Part shown: positions 19,239-29,793 of the stretch, piece after piece | Numbering within the stretch: position 1 is the first letter of the stretch | Layout: each line of letters starts with the position of its first letter | Source of the DNA: a candidate division WOR-3 bacterium | GTDB lineage: Bacteria > Hydrothermota > 32-111 | Assembly (NCBI GenBank): GCA_037481815.1 | Contig: JBBFKX010000002.1 | Span: 15,300-79,299 of the forward strand | Direction of reading: 5' to 3' | Length of the DNA: 64,000 nt | Translations under genes and position numbers: made by a program | Notes under the pieces: generated by a model | What the model saw: the letters and a program-made list of their open reading frames with translations, nothing else | Databases searched by the model: none | Told to the model about the DNA's origin: nothing

Positions 19239-20414
19239 ATGGCTTTAATAGTAAAAAAATTTGGCGGGACATCTCTTGCAACGCCAGATCTTATAAAACA
19301 TCTTGCAAAAAAAGTTGCTCTGGATATTAAATCCGGAAACAAGGTTGTTGTTGTTGTTTCTGCAATGGGTAAAACAACAAACGAACTTATATCGATGGCT
19401 AAATCCTTAACCTCAAATCCCGATCAAAGAGAAATGGATATGCTATTAACAGCAGGCGAGAGGATATCGATGTCATTGTTTTCGATGGCTTTGAATTCCC
19501 TTGATATAAAAGCATACTCTTTCACAGGTTCTCAGGTTGGAATCATAACAACATCAACTCACACTGATGCTAAAATTATTACCGTAAAAGGTGAAAGGTT
19601 ACTTGAAGCGTTATCAAATGGAATAACACCAATAATTGCTGGATTTCAAGGGGTATCTTCTACAAAAGAGATCACAACTCTTGGAAGAGGCGGTTCGGAT
19701 ACAACCGCGGTTGCAATAGCGGCTTTTTTGAAAGCTGATCTGTGTGAGATCTATACTGATGTTGATGGAGTCTATAAAGTTGATCCAAGGATTATCCCTG
19801 AATCAAAAATAATTAAAAAAATATCCTATGATGAGATGCTTTTGATGTCACATTTGGGTTCGAAAGTTTTACATCCAAGATCCGTTGAGATCGCTAAAAA
19901 ATATAAAATACCGATTGTTGTAAAATCATCTTTTAATGAAGGAGAAGGAACAATGGTAACCAACATTGAAAACATTGAATCTCCAGGTATAAACAGTATA
20001 AGCGTAAAGGATGATCTCGCGCTTGTTAATATGAAAACTGGAGATTTGGGTCTTGTTAAATTTTTGAATGATCTAAACGAAAAAGATTTGAAAATCGAAC
20101 TGTTTATTACAAAAAGTTTGGAAAATATTTCACTTGTGATCTCCCAGGATAAAGTCAACGATCTTTTACCTCTTGTTGAAAACTTTTCAAACTCATTGAG
20201 TATCAGCAGTGATATCTCTTTAATATCACTTATCGGAGAAGGTATTTCAGAGGATAAAAACATTATCAAAACAATAATCGAAATAGTTTCAAAATATGAT
20301 AAGGATATATTTGGAATATTCACCAACAAAATTTCTTACACGATAGTTACTAAAAGGGCTTACAAAGAAAAAATTGTTAAAGAGGTAGGTAAAAGATTTG
20401 AACTTATCAAATAG
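19239..20414 (+). CDS. lysC: aspartate kinase
   Basis: N-terminal KFGGTSL and VVVVSAMGKTTNEL motifs; 391 aa. Confidence 0.85.
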   Translation: MALIVKKFGGTSLATPDLIKHLAKKVALDIKSGNKVVVVVSAMGKTTNELISMAKSLTSNPDQREMDMLLTAGERISMSLFSMALNSLDIKAYSFTGSQVGIITTSTHTDAKIITVKGERLLEALSNGITPIIAGFQGVSSTKEITTLGRGGSDTTAVAIAAFLKADLCEIYTDVDGVYKVDPRIIPESKIIKKISYDEMLLMSHLGSKVLHPRSVEIAKKYKIPIVVKSSFNEGEGTMVTNIENIESPGINSISVKDDLALVNMKTGDLGLVKFLNDLNEKDLKIELFITKSLENISLVISQDKVNDLLPLVENFSNSLSISSDISLISLIGEGISEDKNIIKTIIEIVSKYDKDIFGIFTNKISYTIVTKRAYKEKIVKEVGKRFELIK

Positions 20415-21375
20415 AAATGTGAATATCGCTCTTGTAGGAGCAACAGGTCTTGTTGGAAGAGAATTTTTAAAACTTGTTGAAGAAAGGGATTTCCCTTTTA
20501 AACAGTTGTATCTTTTTTCTTCAAAAAAAAGTGCTGGAACAAAATTTAAAGTAAAAGGTAAAATCCATACTGTTAAAGAGTTTGATAAAGATGATTTTCA
20601 AAATATAGATCTTGCATTCTTTGCTACTTCTGCGGAAGAATCCACAAAATATATAGAAGAGATTAAAAAATTTAAAACGGTTTGCATAGACAACTCTTCA
20701 GCTTTCAGATTGAAAAAAAATATTCCCCTTGTGGTCCCTGAGATAAATTTTCATATGATAAAAAGTAGAACAAAAATAATAGCTAATCCAAACTGTTCTA
20801 CGATACAACTCGTTTTGGTATTAAACAGTTTGTTAACAATTGAAAAAATACATTCCGTGAACGTTTCAACATACCAGGCGATATCAGGTGCAGGGAAAGA
20901 TGCTTTGACAAAATTCTTTGAACAAAAAGATGGTAGATATAAAAAGGGAGAACCAGTTTTTTTCAATAACCTAATACAACACATCGGGAATTTTAATCAA
21001 GATTGGTGCGAAGAGGAAAATAAAATAATCAACGAAACAAGGAAAATTTTAAACGAAAAGAGTTTAAATGTTTCTGCAACAACCATTAGAGTTCCTGTTA
21101 TAAATTCTCACACTGAGGTTGTTATGGTAGAGTTTAAAAGAAAAATTGATTTCAAAAAGGTAGTTGAAGTCCTTCAAAAAACCCCATATCTGATACTGTT
21201 AAAAGAAACCGACCCTATCTCTGTCTCTGGAACCAACCTTGTTTTTGTTTCCCGCCTAAGAAAAGATAAATTCTTAGATAACAGAATCCATTTTGTTATT
21301 ACTGCGGACAACCTAAGAATAGGTGCTGCCCTCAACGGTATAAAAATAGCCGAAAGGATAATATATGAAAGTTAA
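20398..21375 (+). CDS. asd: aspartate-semialdehyde dehydrogenase
   Basis: VGATGLVG NAD motif; active-site region NPNCSTIQL; the ORF-track start is a TTG overlapping lysC, and an in-frame GTG at 20416 is an alternative. Confidence 0.85.
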   Translation: MNLSNRNVNIALVGATGLVGREFLKLVEERDFPFKQLYLFSSKKSAGTKFKVKGKIHTVKEFDKDDFQNIDLAFFATSAEESTKYIEEIKKFKTVCIDNSSAFRLKKNIPLVVPEINFHMIKSRTKIIANPNCSTIQLVLVLNSLLTIEKIHSVNVSTYQAISGAGKDALTKFFEQKDGRYKKGEPVFFNNLIQHIGNFNQDWCEEENKIINETRKILNEKSLNVSATTIRVPVINSHTEVVMVEFKRKIDFKKVVEVLQKTPYLILLKETDPISVSGTNLVFVSRLRKDKFLDNRIHFVITADNLRIGAALNGIKIAERIIYES

Positions 21376-22525
21376 AATAATTTTTTTGATTTTGTTTCTT
21401 ACAAACATTTACCTTTTTTCTGCTTTCGATGACGCAATCATTGTTTCTGAAATAAATATAGATTCAACCAATTTCCCCTATTTAAATTTGAATATTGAGA
21501 TCCCATCTAAGGATATAATTTTTTTAAAGGATAGTTTAGGATATTTTTCAAAAATAAACATCATATTCACCTTTTTAAAAGGAAATGATAATCCCATACT
21601 TTCAAAAGAAATAGATACAACAATAAAATATGATACTTTCCCATCATCCATTGATACGCTGATAATAAAATTTAAAAACATTTCTTTAAATGTTCCAGAG
21701 GAAACAAAAAAATTGGTAATAAGTATTCTCGACAAAAAAACCGATAGATCAAAAAATTTTATTTTTAAAGTCGAGATACCAAAGATACCACAGACAGGCA
21801 ACTATCTTAAAAGTTTTTCAATAATAAATGGAACAAATGGTTCATTTTTCGCTGGAGAAACGATAAAAGTTGAAACTAAATTATTTAAAAGGAATGAGAA
21901 ACAGGGAAACTACAATCTTTTGATAATCGATCAAAACGAAAGGATAGTTTTCAAGAAAAAGTTCGCTTCTAAAAATTTAACTGATACCCTTTTGATAATC
22001 AAGGAACTTTATGGTGGGAAATACAGGTTGAAAATCGAATATATTGAAGATAATAAAATCACAAATTTTCTAACAAAAGACCTGTTTATAAAATTCTCAT
22101 TCATAAACTCGGAAAATGAATTCCAGGATATTTTAAACGCTTTATCTTATATCGCTAAATGGGATGAATTAGATAAACTGAAAAAATCCACAAAAGAAAA
22201 TAGAGAGGAAGAATGGAACAGGTTCTGGATAAAACAGATTTCAGAACCTATTATAACAACGAATATTTCTTATGCTGAATTTATGGAGAGGTACAACTAT
22301 TCGAATAAAAATTTTTCAGGATTCAAAAAAGGTTATAGAACAGATTTTGGAAGGATATATATAATTTATGGGAAACCTGATGAAATTGAAAGACATCCAT
22401 TTGATAAAGATAGTAAGCCATATGAGATCTGGTACTATTACAAAAACAACATACAGTTTATCTTTGTTGATGTAAATGGCTACGGAGAATATGTTCTACA
22501 GAATTATCTTGAACAGTTGAGGTGA
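21365..22525 (+). CDS. secreted GWxTD-like domain protein
   Basis: Signal peptide; C-terminal WNRFW...GYRTDFGRIYIIYGKPDE...YEIWYY segment resembles the GWxTD domain signature. Confidence 0.5.
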   Translation: MKVKIIFLILFLTNIYLFSAFDDAIIVSEINIDSTNFPYLNLNIEIPSKDIIFLKDSLGYFSKINIIFTFLKGNDNPILSKEIDTTIKYDTFPSSIDTLIIKFKNISLNVPEETKKLVISILDKKTDRSKNFIFKVEIPKIPQTGNYLKSFSIINGTNGSFFAGETIKVETKLFKRNEKQGNYNLLIIDQNERIVFKKKFASKNLTDTLLIIKELYGGKYRLKIEYIEDNKITNFLTKDLFIKFSFINSENEFQDILNALSYIAKWDELDKLKKSTKENREEEWNRFWIKQISEPIITTNISYAEFMERYNYSNKNFSGFKKGYRTDFGRIYIIYGKPDEIERHPFDKDSKPYEIWYYYKNNIQFIFVDVNGYGEYVLQNYLEQLR

Positions 22526-23841
22526 ATATGAGAATTTTTAAAATTTTGATTTTGACACTTTTTTCAATAAATGTTTTTGCAAACTATGATGTATCGATTA
22601 CATCTTTTAAAGCAAAAGATAACATACATCAAATATTTTATGATATCCAGTTCTACGCAAAGGATATCACGTATAAAAATGTCGATGGAAAAAATACCGG
22701 GATTCTACATTTTAAAATTTTTGTTAAAAACCTTGAAACATCACAGGAAATATATGATGAATGGAATTCAAAATCTTATATTTCACAATCTGAACAACTC
22801 AACAGAGAAATGTTCCTTCTCGATCGATCATCTTTTATCCTCTCTCCTGCAAAATATGAAATAAGAAGTTTGATAGTTGATTCTTTTTCAAAAAAGGAGT
22901 TTTCAAAAATCGATACGATAATTTTAGAAACTTTTGACAGTAAACCAACAATTTCAAATATACTTGTAGGATACACCGTAAAAAAAGATTCTCTTGAAGG
23001 TAAATTTACAAGAAACGGATATTCAGTTACTCCAAATCCATCAAAAATATTTACTCTTGTGAACCCTTTGATTTATCTGTATTTTGAAATTTATAATTTA
23101 CACAACAAAGAATATACTCTTGATTACCTTATATACAATGATAAAGATTCATTGATCACAACAATAAAAGGTGAAAAGAAAATATCGCCTCCTTTCGATT
23201 TTGTTGTGAATAACTTTTTCAACACTCTTGGTTTTAAAGATGGAAAGTATAGATTGGATGTCAAAATAAAATATGATGATAAAGAAATTCTTCAATCAAC
23301 AAATTTTGAAAAAATTTCAAACCTCTATACAGGCAGAGAAACCAAATATATTCTAACAGAAGAGGAAATGAAATATTATTCTTTAATAGATTATATTGCA
23401 ACTCCTTCCGAGTTAACACAGTTCAAATCCATAAAAGATGAAAAAGCAAAACATAATTTCCTTCTAAATTTCTGGGAAAGGAGAGATATCGATAAAACAA
23501 ACGATAAACTCGAATCTTTGAAAGATTTTATCTTAAAAGTTAAATATGTCAGAAAAAATTTTTCATCGGGTGGAGAAGATGGCTATCTTTCAGCGAGAGG
23601 AAGGATATATTTAAAATATGGTCCACCGGATGAAACATTACTTGTTCCGATGAGTAAAGGATCAAAAAATTATGATTCCTGGATTTATTATTCGAAAGGT
23701 GGCATGCAGTTCATCTTTATGGATATAAAAGGATTTGGTAAATATGAACTTATATATACAAATGTTATGGAAGAGGAGATACCACAAAATTGGACAAATT
23801 ACATTGACGATTACAATATAATCCAATTTTATAGAAATTAA
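22522..23841 (+). CDS. secreted GWxTD-like domain protein (paralog of upstream gene)
   Basis: Signal peptide; C-terminal FWERRD...GYLSARGRIYLKYGPPDE...YDSWIYY segment parallels the upstream gene. Confidence 0.5.
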   Translation: MNMRIFKILILTLFSINVFANYDVSITSFKAKDNIHQIFYDIQFYAKDITYKNVDGKNTGILHFKIFVKNLETSQEIYDEWNSKSYISQSEQLNREMFLLDRSSFILSPAKYEIRSLIVDSFSKKEFSKIDTIILETFDSKPTISNILVGYTVKKDSLEGKFTRNGYSVTPNPSKIFTLVNPLIYLYFEIYNLHNKEYTLDYLIYNDKDSLITTIKGEKKISPPFDFVVNNFFNTLGFKDGKYRLDVKIKYDDKEILQSTNFEKISNLYTGRETKYILTEEEMKYYSLIDYIATPSELTQFKSIKDEKAKHNFLLNFWERRDIDKTNDKLESLKDFILKVKYVRKNFSSGGEDGYLSARGRIYLKYGPPDETLLVPMSKGSKNYDSWIYYSKGGMQFIFMDIKGFGKYELIYTNVMEEEIPQNWTNYIDDYNIIQFYRN

Positions 23842-23842
23842 A

Positions 23843-25414
23843 ATGAAAAATTTTGATATTATTGTTGTAGGTTCAGGAATCGCTGGTTTAACTTTCGCAT
23901 TCAAGATTGCACCTTATGTTAACAATGTTTGTTTGATAACCAAGAAAAGTATTGAGGACTCAAACACAAACTATGCTCAGGGAGGAATCGCTGCTGTTTT
24001 TGGAGAAGATGATTCTTTTGAACTTCATATAAAGGATACTATCGAAACGGGAAGATATCTATCACATAAGGATGCTGTTGAGATAATGGTTATGAACGGT
24101 CCCAAACTCGTTCTGGAACTCAAAGAACTTGGAGCAAAATTTGAAATAGATGAAAATGGGAAATTTAAACTTGGTAAAGAAGGTGGGCATTCAAGAAGAA
24201 GGATTGTTCATGCCGGCGATTATACGGGATATGAAATTGAAAAAACACTTATAGAAAATATAAAAACCTACAACAATGTTTTGATGTTCACCAACCATTT
24301 TGTCTGTGATCTGATCGTTGATGAAAACAACCTATGCCAGGGTGTTTATGTTCTCGATGTTGAAAAAAATGAGATAGAGCCATATTTCTCTCAGTTCGTG
24401 GTGATCGCAACAGGCGGATGTGGTCAGGTTTACAAATTTACAACAAATCCCATGATCGCAACAGGTGATGGTATTGCGGTTTCATATCTTGCAAATGCCA
24501 AAATAGCAAACATGGAGTTCTTTCAATTTCATCCTACAGCTTTATACAACTCCGAAGAGATGGGGAGATCTTTTTTGATCTCCGAAGCTGTGAGAGGTGA
24601 AGGAGCATTTTTAAAATTGAAAGATAACAGGCAATTCATGCATAAATACAGCGAAAAAAAATCTCTTGCTCCAAGAGATATCGTTGCAAGAGCCATAGAT
24701 AATGAATTAAAACTTTCAGGAGAAGATTTTGTTTACCTTGACCTCTCTCCTTTCACAGAGAAAAAATTTAAAGAAAGATTTCCCAAAATATATGAAAAGT
24801 GTAAACAGATGAACATAAATGTTCCCTATGAACCGATACCTGTTGTTCCAGCAGCACATTATTCGTGTGGTGGTATTTATACTGATACAAATGCAAGGAG
24901 TTCTATTAAAAACCTCTATGCAATAGGTGAAGCCGCATGTACGGGAGTTCATGGAGCAAACAGATTGGCATCAAATTCATTGCTTGAAGCTCTTGTTTTC
25001 GCTGATCAGGCCTTTCGTGATGTGAGGGAAAAATTGAAAGAACCTTTTGAAACCACTGTTCCAGGATTTTACAGTCAGCCAAAACCTATAGATCAAGAAA
25101 CAAGGAAAATTTTGTTCGAATTGAGAAGAAAACTTAAAGAGATAATGTGGAAGAAGGTTTCAATCGTAAAAACTGTAAAATCTTTAAAAGAAGCTGATGA
25201 GCAACTAAACATTCTATCAGAAACATTTTTCAATCTTGAAAATTACAATACTGTTGAATATTTTGAGGTCAGAAATATGATAATAGTTTCAAAAATTATA
25301 ATAAACTCAGCACTCAAAAGAAAAGAATCGAGAGGATTACATTTTGTAAAAGATTATCCTGAAGAGAAAAAGGAATATTTACATGATACAATTATTCAAA
25401 AGGAGGTTTTATGA
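23843..25414 (+). CDS. nadB: L-aspartate oxidase
   Basis: FAD-binding N-terminus IIVVGSGIAGL, flavoprotein core (HYSCGGI, RLASNSLLEALVF); 523 aa. Confidence 0.85.
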   Translation: MKNFDIIVVGSGIAGLTFAFKIAPYVNNVCLITKKSIEDSNTNYAQGGIAAVFGEDDSFELHIKDTIETGRYLSHKDAVEIMVMNGPKLVLELKELGAKFEIDENGKFKLGKEGGHSRRRIVHAGDYTGYEIEKTLIENIKTYNNVLMFTNHFVCDLIVDENNLCQGVYVLDVEKNEIEPYFSQFVVIATGGCGQVYKFTTNPMIATGDGIAVSYLANAKIANMEFFQFHPTALYNSEEMGRSFLISEAVRGEGAFLKLKDNRQFMHKYSEKKSLAPRDIVARAIDNELKLSGEDFVYLDLSPFTEKKFKERFPKIYEKCKQMNINVPYEPIPVVPAAHYSCGGIYTDTNARSSIKNLYAIGEAACTGVHGANRLASNSLLEALVFADQAFRDVREKLKEPFETTVPGFYSQPKPIDQETRKILFELRRKLKEIMWKKVSIVKTVKSLKEADEQLNILSETFFNLENYNTVEYFEVRNMIIVSKIIINSALKRKESRGLHFVKDYPEEKKEYLHDTIIQKEVL

Positions 25415-25698
25415 ACATAAGAATTACAGGTAAACATCTTGAAATTTCACCAGAAATAAAAAATTTTATTGAAGAATCCTTAAAACACCTTGAAAAATTT
25501 GAACATAATATAATCGATTGTAATGTAGTGGTCGAATTGAATGGAAGAAGATATAAAGTCGAAATAGATGTTGATGTAAAAAAACATAGATTCGTTTCTT
25601 CAGATGAATCTTTCGATCTCATGACATCGATAGATAAAGCGATTGATAAAATGAAAACCCAGCTTAAAAAGTTTGAGGAGAAAAAACATGACAGATAA
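25411..25698 (+). CDS. hpf: ribosome hibernation-promoting factor (HPF/RaiA family, short form)
   Basis: 95 aa; MNIRITGKHLEISPEIK N-terminus is the classic HPF start. Confidence 0.8.
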   Translation: MNIRITGKHLEISPEIKNFIEESLKHLEKFEHNIIDCNVVVELNGRRYKVEIDVDVKKHRFVSSDESFDLMTSIDKAIDKMKTQLKKFEEKKHDR

Positions 25699-26686
25699 TG
25701 TAAAACAAAGAAGTGAGTTGAGCGTAGAAGACCTTTTTAAAGACAACAAAGAGGAATTAGTTTTGAAAGTGGTGTCAGGGAACAACGGGATGACAAACCT
25801 TATTAAAAGCAAAGAGGTTATAAATGCTGGACTCGCTTTTGCAGGATATACAGAACATATTCAAAAAAGCTCCATAATAGTTGCCGGTGATGTAGAACTT
25901 GATTTTTTTAACAACCTGAACAGTTCAAAGAGAAAGCTCTTTTTAAACTCAATCTTTGAAAAAGGATGTGCTGCTTTATTTATCGTAACTGAAAGAAATA
26001 TCCCTAAAATAATAAAAATACTTTCAAACAAAAAAGGTATCCCGGTTATTACAAGTAATAAAACTATATACAATACGATAAATAAACTCTCACTTTACCT
26101 TTCAAGCAAACTTGCTGAATCGATAACAAAACATGGAACACTTGTAGATATTTATGGTGTTGGAGTTTTACTTACAGGCAAAAGTGGAATCGGGAAAAGT
26201 GAGTGTGCTCTTGATCTTGTAGATAGAGGTCATCGTCTCGTTGCTGATGATGCTGTTAAAATTTATAAAAGAGGAGAGCATATTTTAATGGGAACAGGGA
26301 TTGCACCTGATTCGTCAATCCAATATCATATGGAAGTCAGAGGTGTCGGAATACTCGATATAGCCAAAATATTTGGGATAAGAGGTGTCAGATTGCACAA
26401 AAGAATCGAGATTGAGATAAACCTGATAGAATGGAAACCTGACACTGATATCGAAAGGGTCGGACTCAAAGAGGAAACATCCAACATTCTCGGAGTCGAA
26501 ATCCCTTTAGTTAAAATACCACTTTTACCAGGTAAAAATATTTCAGTTATAGCAGAAGTTGTAGCACTTAACCATCTTTTAAAAATTTCAGGTTATGACA
26601 CGAGCAAGGTCTTCAATGCTACACTGATAAAACTTATGCAGGAAAAAGCAAAAAAACTGGCAAGACTTGATGAGGACGAAGAATGA
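25673..26686 (+). CDS. hprK: HPr kinase/phosphorylase
   Basis: P-loop GKSGIGKSE followed by LVADD; 337 aa; the start may instead be the ATG at 25688. Confidence 0.85.
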   Translation: MRRKNMTDNVKQRSELSVEDLFKDNKEELVLKVVSGNNGMTNLIKSKEVINAGLAFAGYTEHIQKSSIIVAGDVELDFFNNLNSSKRKLFLNSIFEKGCAALFIVTERNIPKIIKILSNKKGIPVITSNKTIYNTINKLSLYLSSKLAESITKHGTLVDIYGVGVLLTGKSGIGKSECALDLVDRGHRLVADDAVKIYKRGEHILMGTGIAPDSSIQYHMEVRGVGILDIAKIFGIRGVRLHKRIEIEINLIEWKPDTDIERVGLKEETSNILGVEIPLVKIPLLPGKNISVIAEVVALNHLLKISGYDTSKVFNATLIKLMQEKAKKLARLDEDEE

Positions 26687-27063
26687 TATACGGAATTTTT
26701 ACAGGTCATAACAATTTTGCATACGAAACAGTTAAAAGCTGCGAAAGTATAATCGGTGATCAGCAAAACTATTCAACAATTTCAAACAGAGAACTTTCAA
26801 ACGATGAGATCTATGAGCAGTTTGAAAAAATTTTAAAAACTCATCCTGATTGTAAAGAGTTTTTCATATTTATAGATTTCTATGGCTCTTCAATCTCACT
26901 TCCTGCAATAAAGATTAAACAGAAAACAGAAAAGGAAACAATTAAACTCATATTCGGGTATAATCTTCCGATGGTTATCGATTTTTTTCTTCACAGGAAT
27001 AAATTGACTGGAGAACAACTTTTCGAAAAAATCATCGATGTTGGAAAAAGAGGTATAAGATGA
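26683..27063 (+). CDS. PTS EIIA component, mannose-family-like (orphan, regulatory)
   Basis: 126 aa; N-terminal IFTGHNNFA with the conserved His position of EIIA-Man; no EIIC/EIID in the window. Confidence 0.6.
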   Translation: MIYGIFTGHNNFAYETVKSCESIIGDQQNYSTISNRELSNDEIYEQFEKILKTHPDCKEFFIFIDFYGSSISLPAIKIKQKTEKETIKLIFGYNLPMVIDFFLHRNKLTGEQLFEKIIDVGKRGIR

Positions 27064-27530
27064 AAATATTAAGGATAGATGACAGGTTGATCCATGGACA
27101 GATAATCGCTGGATGGCTACCAAATCTTGGTATTTCAAACATTTTGCTTTTCAACGAATCTTTACCTTTAGATATGTTACAGATCTATAAAAATATGATA
27201 CCGGAAGATGTAAATCTCCAGATTATTGATATAAATCATATTGATATGATCCCTGATAAAAACTCTTCCATATACCTTTTTGAAAATATAAAAACCTTAA
27301 AAAATAATTTGAACAAACTTGAAAATATCAGTTTTGACATTTTTAATCTTGGTGGAATGAGGAACAAAGATAACAAACAAAAAATCTTGGATTTTATTTA
27401 TATGGATGAAACAGATATAGAAGATTTCTTCGCTATAGTAAAAAGTTTGAAATTAAAAAAAATCAACGCTCAACAGTTGCCAACAACACAATCTTATGAT
27501 ATAAAGAGAATTCTCGAAAGAAGGAGTTGA
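27060..27530 (+). CDS. PTS EIIB component, mannose/sorbose-family-like (orphan, regulatory)
   Basis: N-terminal [10 protein letters not shown] motif containing the phosphorylatable His of EIIB-Man/Sor. Confidence 0.65.
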   Translation: MKILRIDDRLIHGQIIAGWLPNLGISNILLFNESLPLDMLQIYKNMIPEDVNLQIIDINHIDMIPDKNSSIYLFENIKTLKNNLNKLENISFDIFNLGGMRNKDNKQKILDFIYMDETDIEDFFAIVKSLKLKKINAQQLPTTQSYDIKRILERRS

Positions 27531-27531
27531 G

Positions 27532-29202
27532 ATGAAAAAGAAAAATAGGACAAGAAGTTTACTGACAACTATAATCATCACAGTTATTCCCTTTTATGTT
27601 GCTTTCCTATTCATCATTCTTTTCTTTATCGAATACAGAAACATTTCACATCATAACAAAGATACTGAGGATTATTTTAGAAGTATAATGGATAACTATT
27701 CATTTTCATCAGCAAATTACATCCAGAGAGATGATACAAATGGTATATTAATCATATTAAACAATTTTTTAAAAATGCCTGACTTTAAATTTGCTCTGGT
27801 TCTTGATTCAAACCTTCAAATATTCAACTATCTGAAGAGCGATAATAAAAATGAAATGATCATCTCAAAAGAAATCGCTAAAAATTCTATACAAGATCTG
27901 AAGATTTTAAAAGAGTTTAACAAAAATCTTCTAATCGATGTCTATTATTCACCTATATATTATGAAATGAACGGAGAAAGAAAACCTTTAGGTGTTCTCT
28001 GTGTCGGTTTATCAAGAGGTGAAAATGTAAATGCGATAATAAGTATACTCCTTCAGACATTTGCGATAATAGCGGTTTCGCTTATTCTATTTTTCCTGAT
28101 TTTACTCCTTCTTTACAGAAGAATAAAAAATCCTATAGCGATGATAACACAGGAGATGAAACAGATAAATGAGGGAAAGGGTAATATAGAAAACCGTAAA
28201 ATAACCGTAGAAGCAGAGAGAGAAATAAATGAGTTGATCGAGGAGTTCAACAAGGTTCTTGATTTTCTTTATAATATAAAAAATAATGTTTCGATCATAA
28301 CAAACCAATTAAATGAACACATTGAACTTTTATCATCTTCATCTGAGGAACTAACCGCCTCATCGGAAGAAATCACTTCAACGATCCAGGAAATTTCTCA
28401 GAATTCCTCTGAACAGGCAAAAAAAATCGAAGAGGTTTTCCAGAAAACAGAATCAACAAAATCAAGTATAAACACATCTTTTGATAAAACAAAGATGAAC
28501 GAGGAATTCTCTTCAAAGATTAACGAAGTCACAATCACAGGAAAAGAACTATCAAAAAAAGCTGTTGAAAAGATTGAAACAATCATAAACAGTTCGAATG
28601 AACTTTATGAAAAAATAAAAGATATAAATGAAAAACAGGAAAAAATATCTATAATAACCGACACTATAGAATCGATAACCAACAGAACAAACATTTTATC
28701 ACTCAACGCATCGATTGAAGCTGCAAGAGCTGGAGAGTATGGAAAAGGATTTCAGGTTGTAGCAGAAGAGATAAGAAAACTTGCTGAAAAATCCCAAGAA
28801 TCTGCGTTGGCTATACATGGAATAATAAATGAAATCAAAAGTTCAATAGAAATACTCATAAATCAAAGTAGATCAAACGAATTTGTCCTTAACGAAGGGA
28901 AAGATGTAATCATGAATACATCCGAGGTTCTTGAAAATATAAGCAACAGCATATCTTCAATAACCGAAAACAATAAGAGCATCTCAAATGAAATTAAAAA
29001 TGTAAAAGCGATTATAGATGAGTTCAGTTTAACGATAAACGAGGTGGTAAAAATCTCCGAGACAAACGCTTCAGCAAGTGAGGAGATCGCTGCAAGTATA
29101 GAACAACAGGGAGCTTCAATAGAAGAGTTGGCTTCAAGTGCCCAACAACTTTATGAAATAATCGGAAAACTTAAAGATATAGTTAATAAGTTTCAGGGAT
29201 GA
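27532..29202 (+). CDS. methyl-accepting chemotaxis protein
   Basis: Two TM segments flanking a ~150-aa periplasmic region, HAMP, highly conserved signalling segment [33 protein letters not shown]. Confidence 0.85.
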   Translation: MKKKNRTRSLLTTIIITVIPFYVAFLFIILFFIEYRNISHHNKDTEDYFRSIMDNYSFSSANYIQRDDTNGILIILNNFLKMPDFKFALVLDSNLQIFNYLKSDNKNEMIISKEIAKNSIQDLKILKEFNKNLLIDVYYSPIYYEMNGERKPLGVLCVGLSRGENVNAIISILLQTFAIIAVSLILFFLILLLLYRRIKNPIAMITQEMKQINEGKGNIENRKITVEAEREINELIEEFNKVLDFLYNIKNNVSIITNQLNEHIELLSSSSEELTASSEEITSTIQEISQNSSEQAKKIEEVFQKTESTKSSINTSFDKTKMNEEFSSKINEVTITGKELSKKAVEKIETIINSSNELYEKIKDINEKQEKISIITDTIESITNRTNILSLNASIEAARAGEYGKGFQVVAEEIRKLAEKSQESALAIHGIINEIKSSIEILINQSRSNEFVLNEGKDVIMNTSEVLENISNSISSITENNKSISNEIKNVKAIIDEFSLTINEVVKISETNASASEEIAASIEQQGASIEELASSAQQLYEIIGKLKDIVNKFQG

Positions 29203-29203
29203 A

Positions 29204-29791
29204 TCACAACCTTTGAAGGATCATCTTTGAAACAGCTTTGAGTGTTTCAAACACACCGATTCCCTGAGTTGCAACCGCTTCAAAATATGGTACATTCCAG
29301 GGATTCAACGCCTGTTGTAGATCCTCTATCGATGAAATATTCGGTAGATCCCTTTTGTTGTACTGCATTACAAATGGGATGTCTTCTATTTTAAGGTTAT
29401 GCTCAGCAAGATTTTCAAGAAGATTGTCAACACTTTCTATGTTATCTTCAAACCTTTCAATCTGTGAATCAGCAACAAATACTATTCCATCAACTCCTTT
29501 AAGGATCAATTTTCTTGATGCGTTATAATAGATTTGCCCTGGCACGGTGTAAAGTTGAAATTTTGTTTTAAAACCTTTTACTGAGCCAATATCCATAGGT
29601 AAAAAATCAAAAAACAAAGTCCTGTCCATCTCTGTTGCAAGAGAGATCATCTTTCCTCTTGTCTCTGGACTTATCTTGTTGTATATCACTTTCAAATTTG
29701 TTGTTTTCCCTCCTAAACCTGTTCCATAGTAAACTATCTTAAATGTTATCTCTCTTGATGAGTAATTAATAACTGACAACTTTTCCTCCAA
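29204..29791 (-). CDS. mglA: Ras-like small GTPase MglA
   Basis: 195 aa; near-identical signature blocks to MglA ([56 protein letters not shown]). Confidence 0.85.
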   Translation of the reverse strand: MEEKLSVINYSSREITFKIVYYGTGLGGKTTNLKVIYNKISPETRGKMISLATEMDRTLFFDFLPMDIGSVKGFKTKFQLYTVPGQIYYNASRKLILKGVDGIVFVADSQIERFEDNIESVDNLLENLAEHNLKIEDIPFVMQYNKRDLPNISSIEDLQQALNPWNVPYFEAVATQGIGVFETLKAVSKMILQRL

Positions 29792-29793
29792 TT

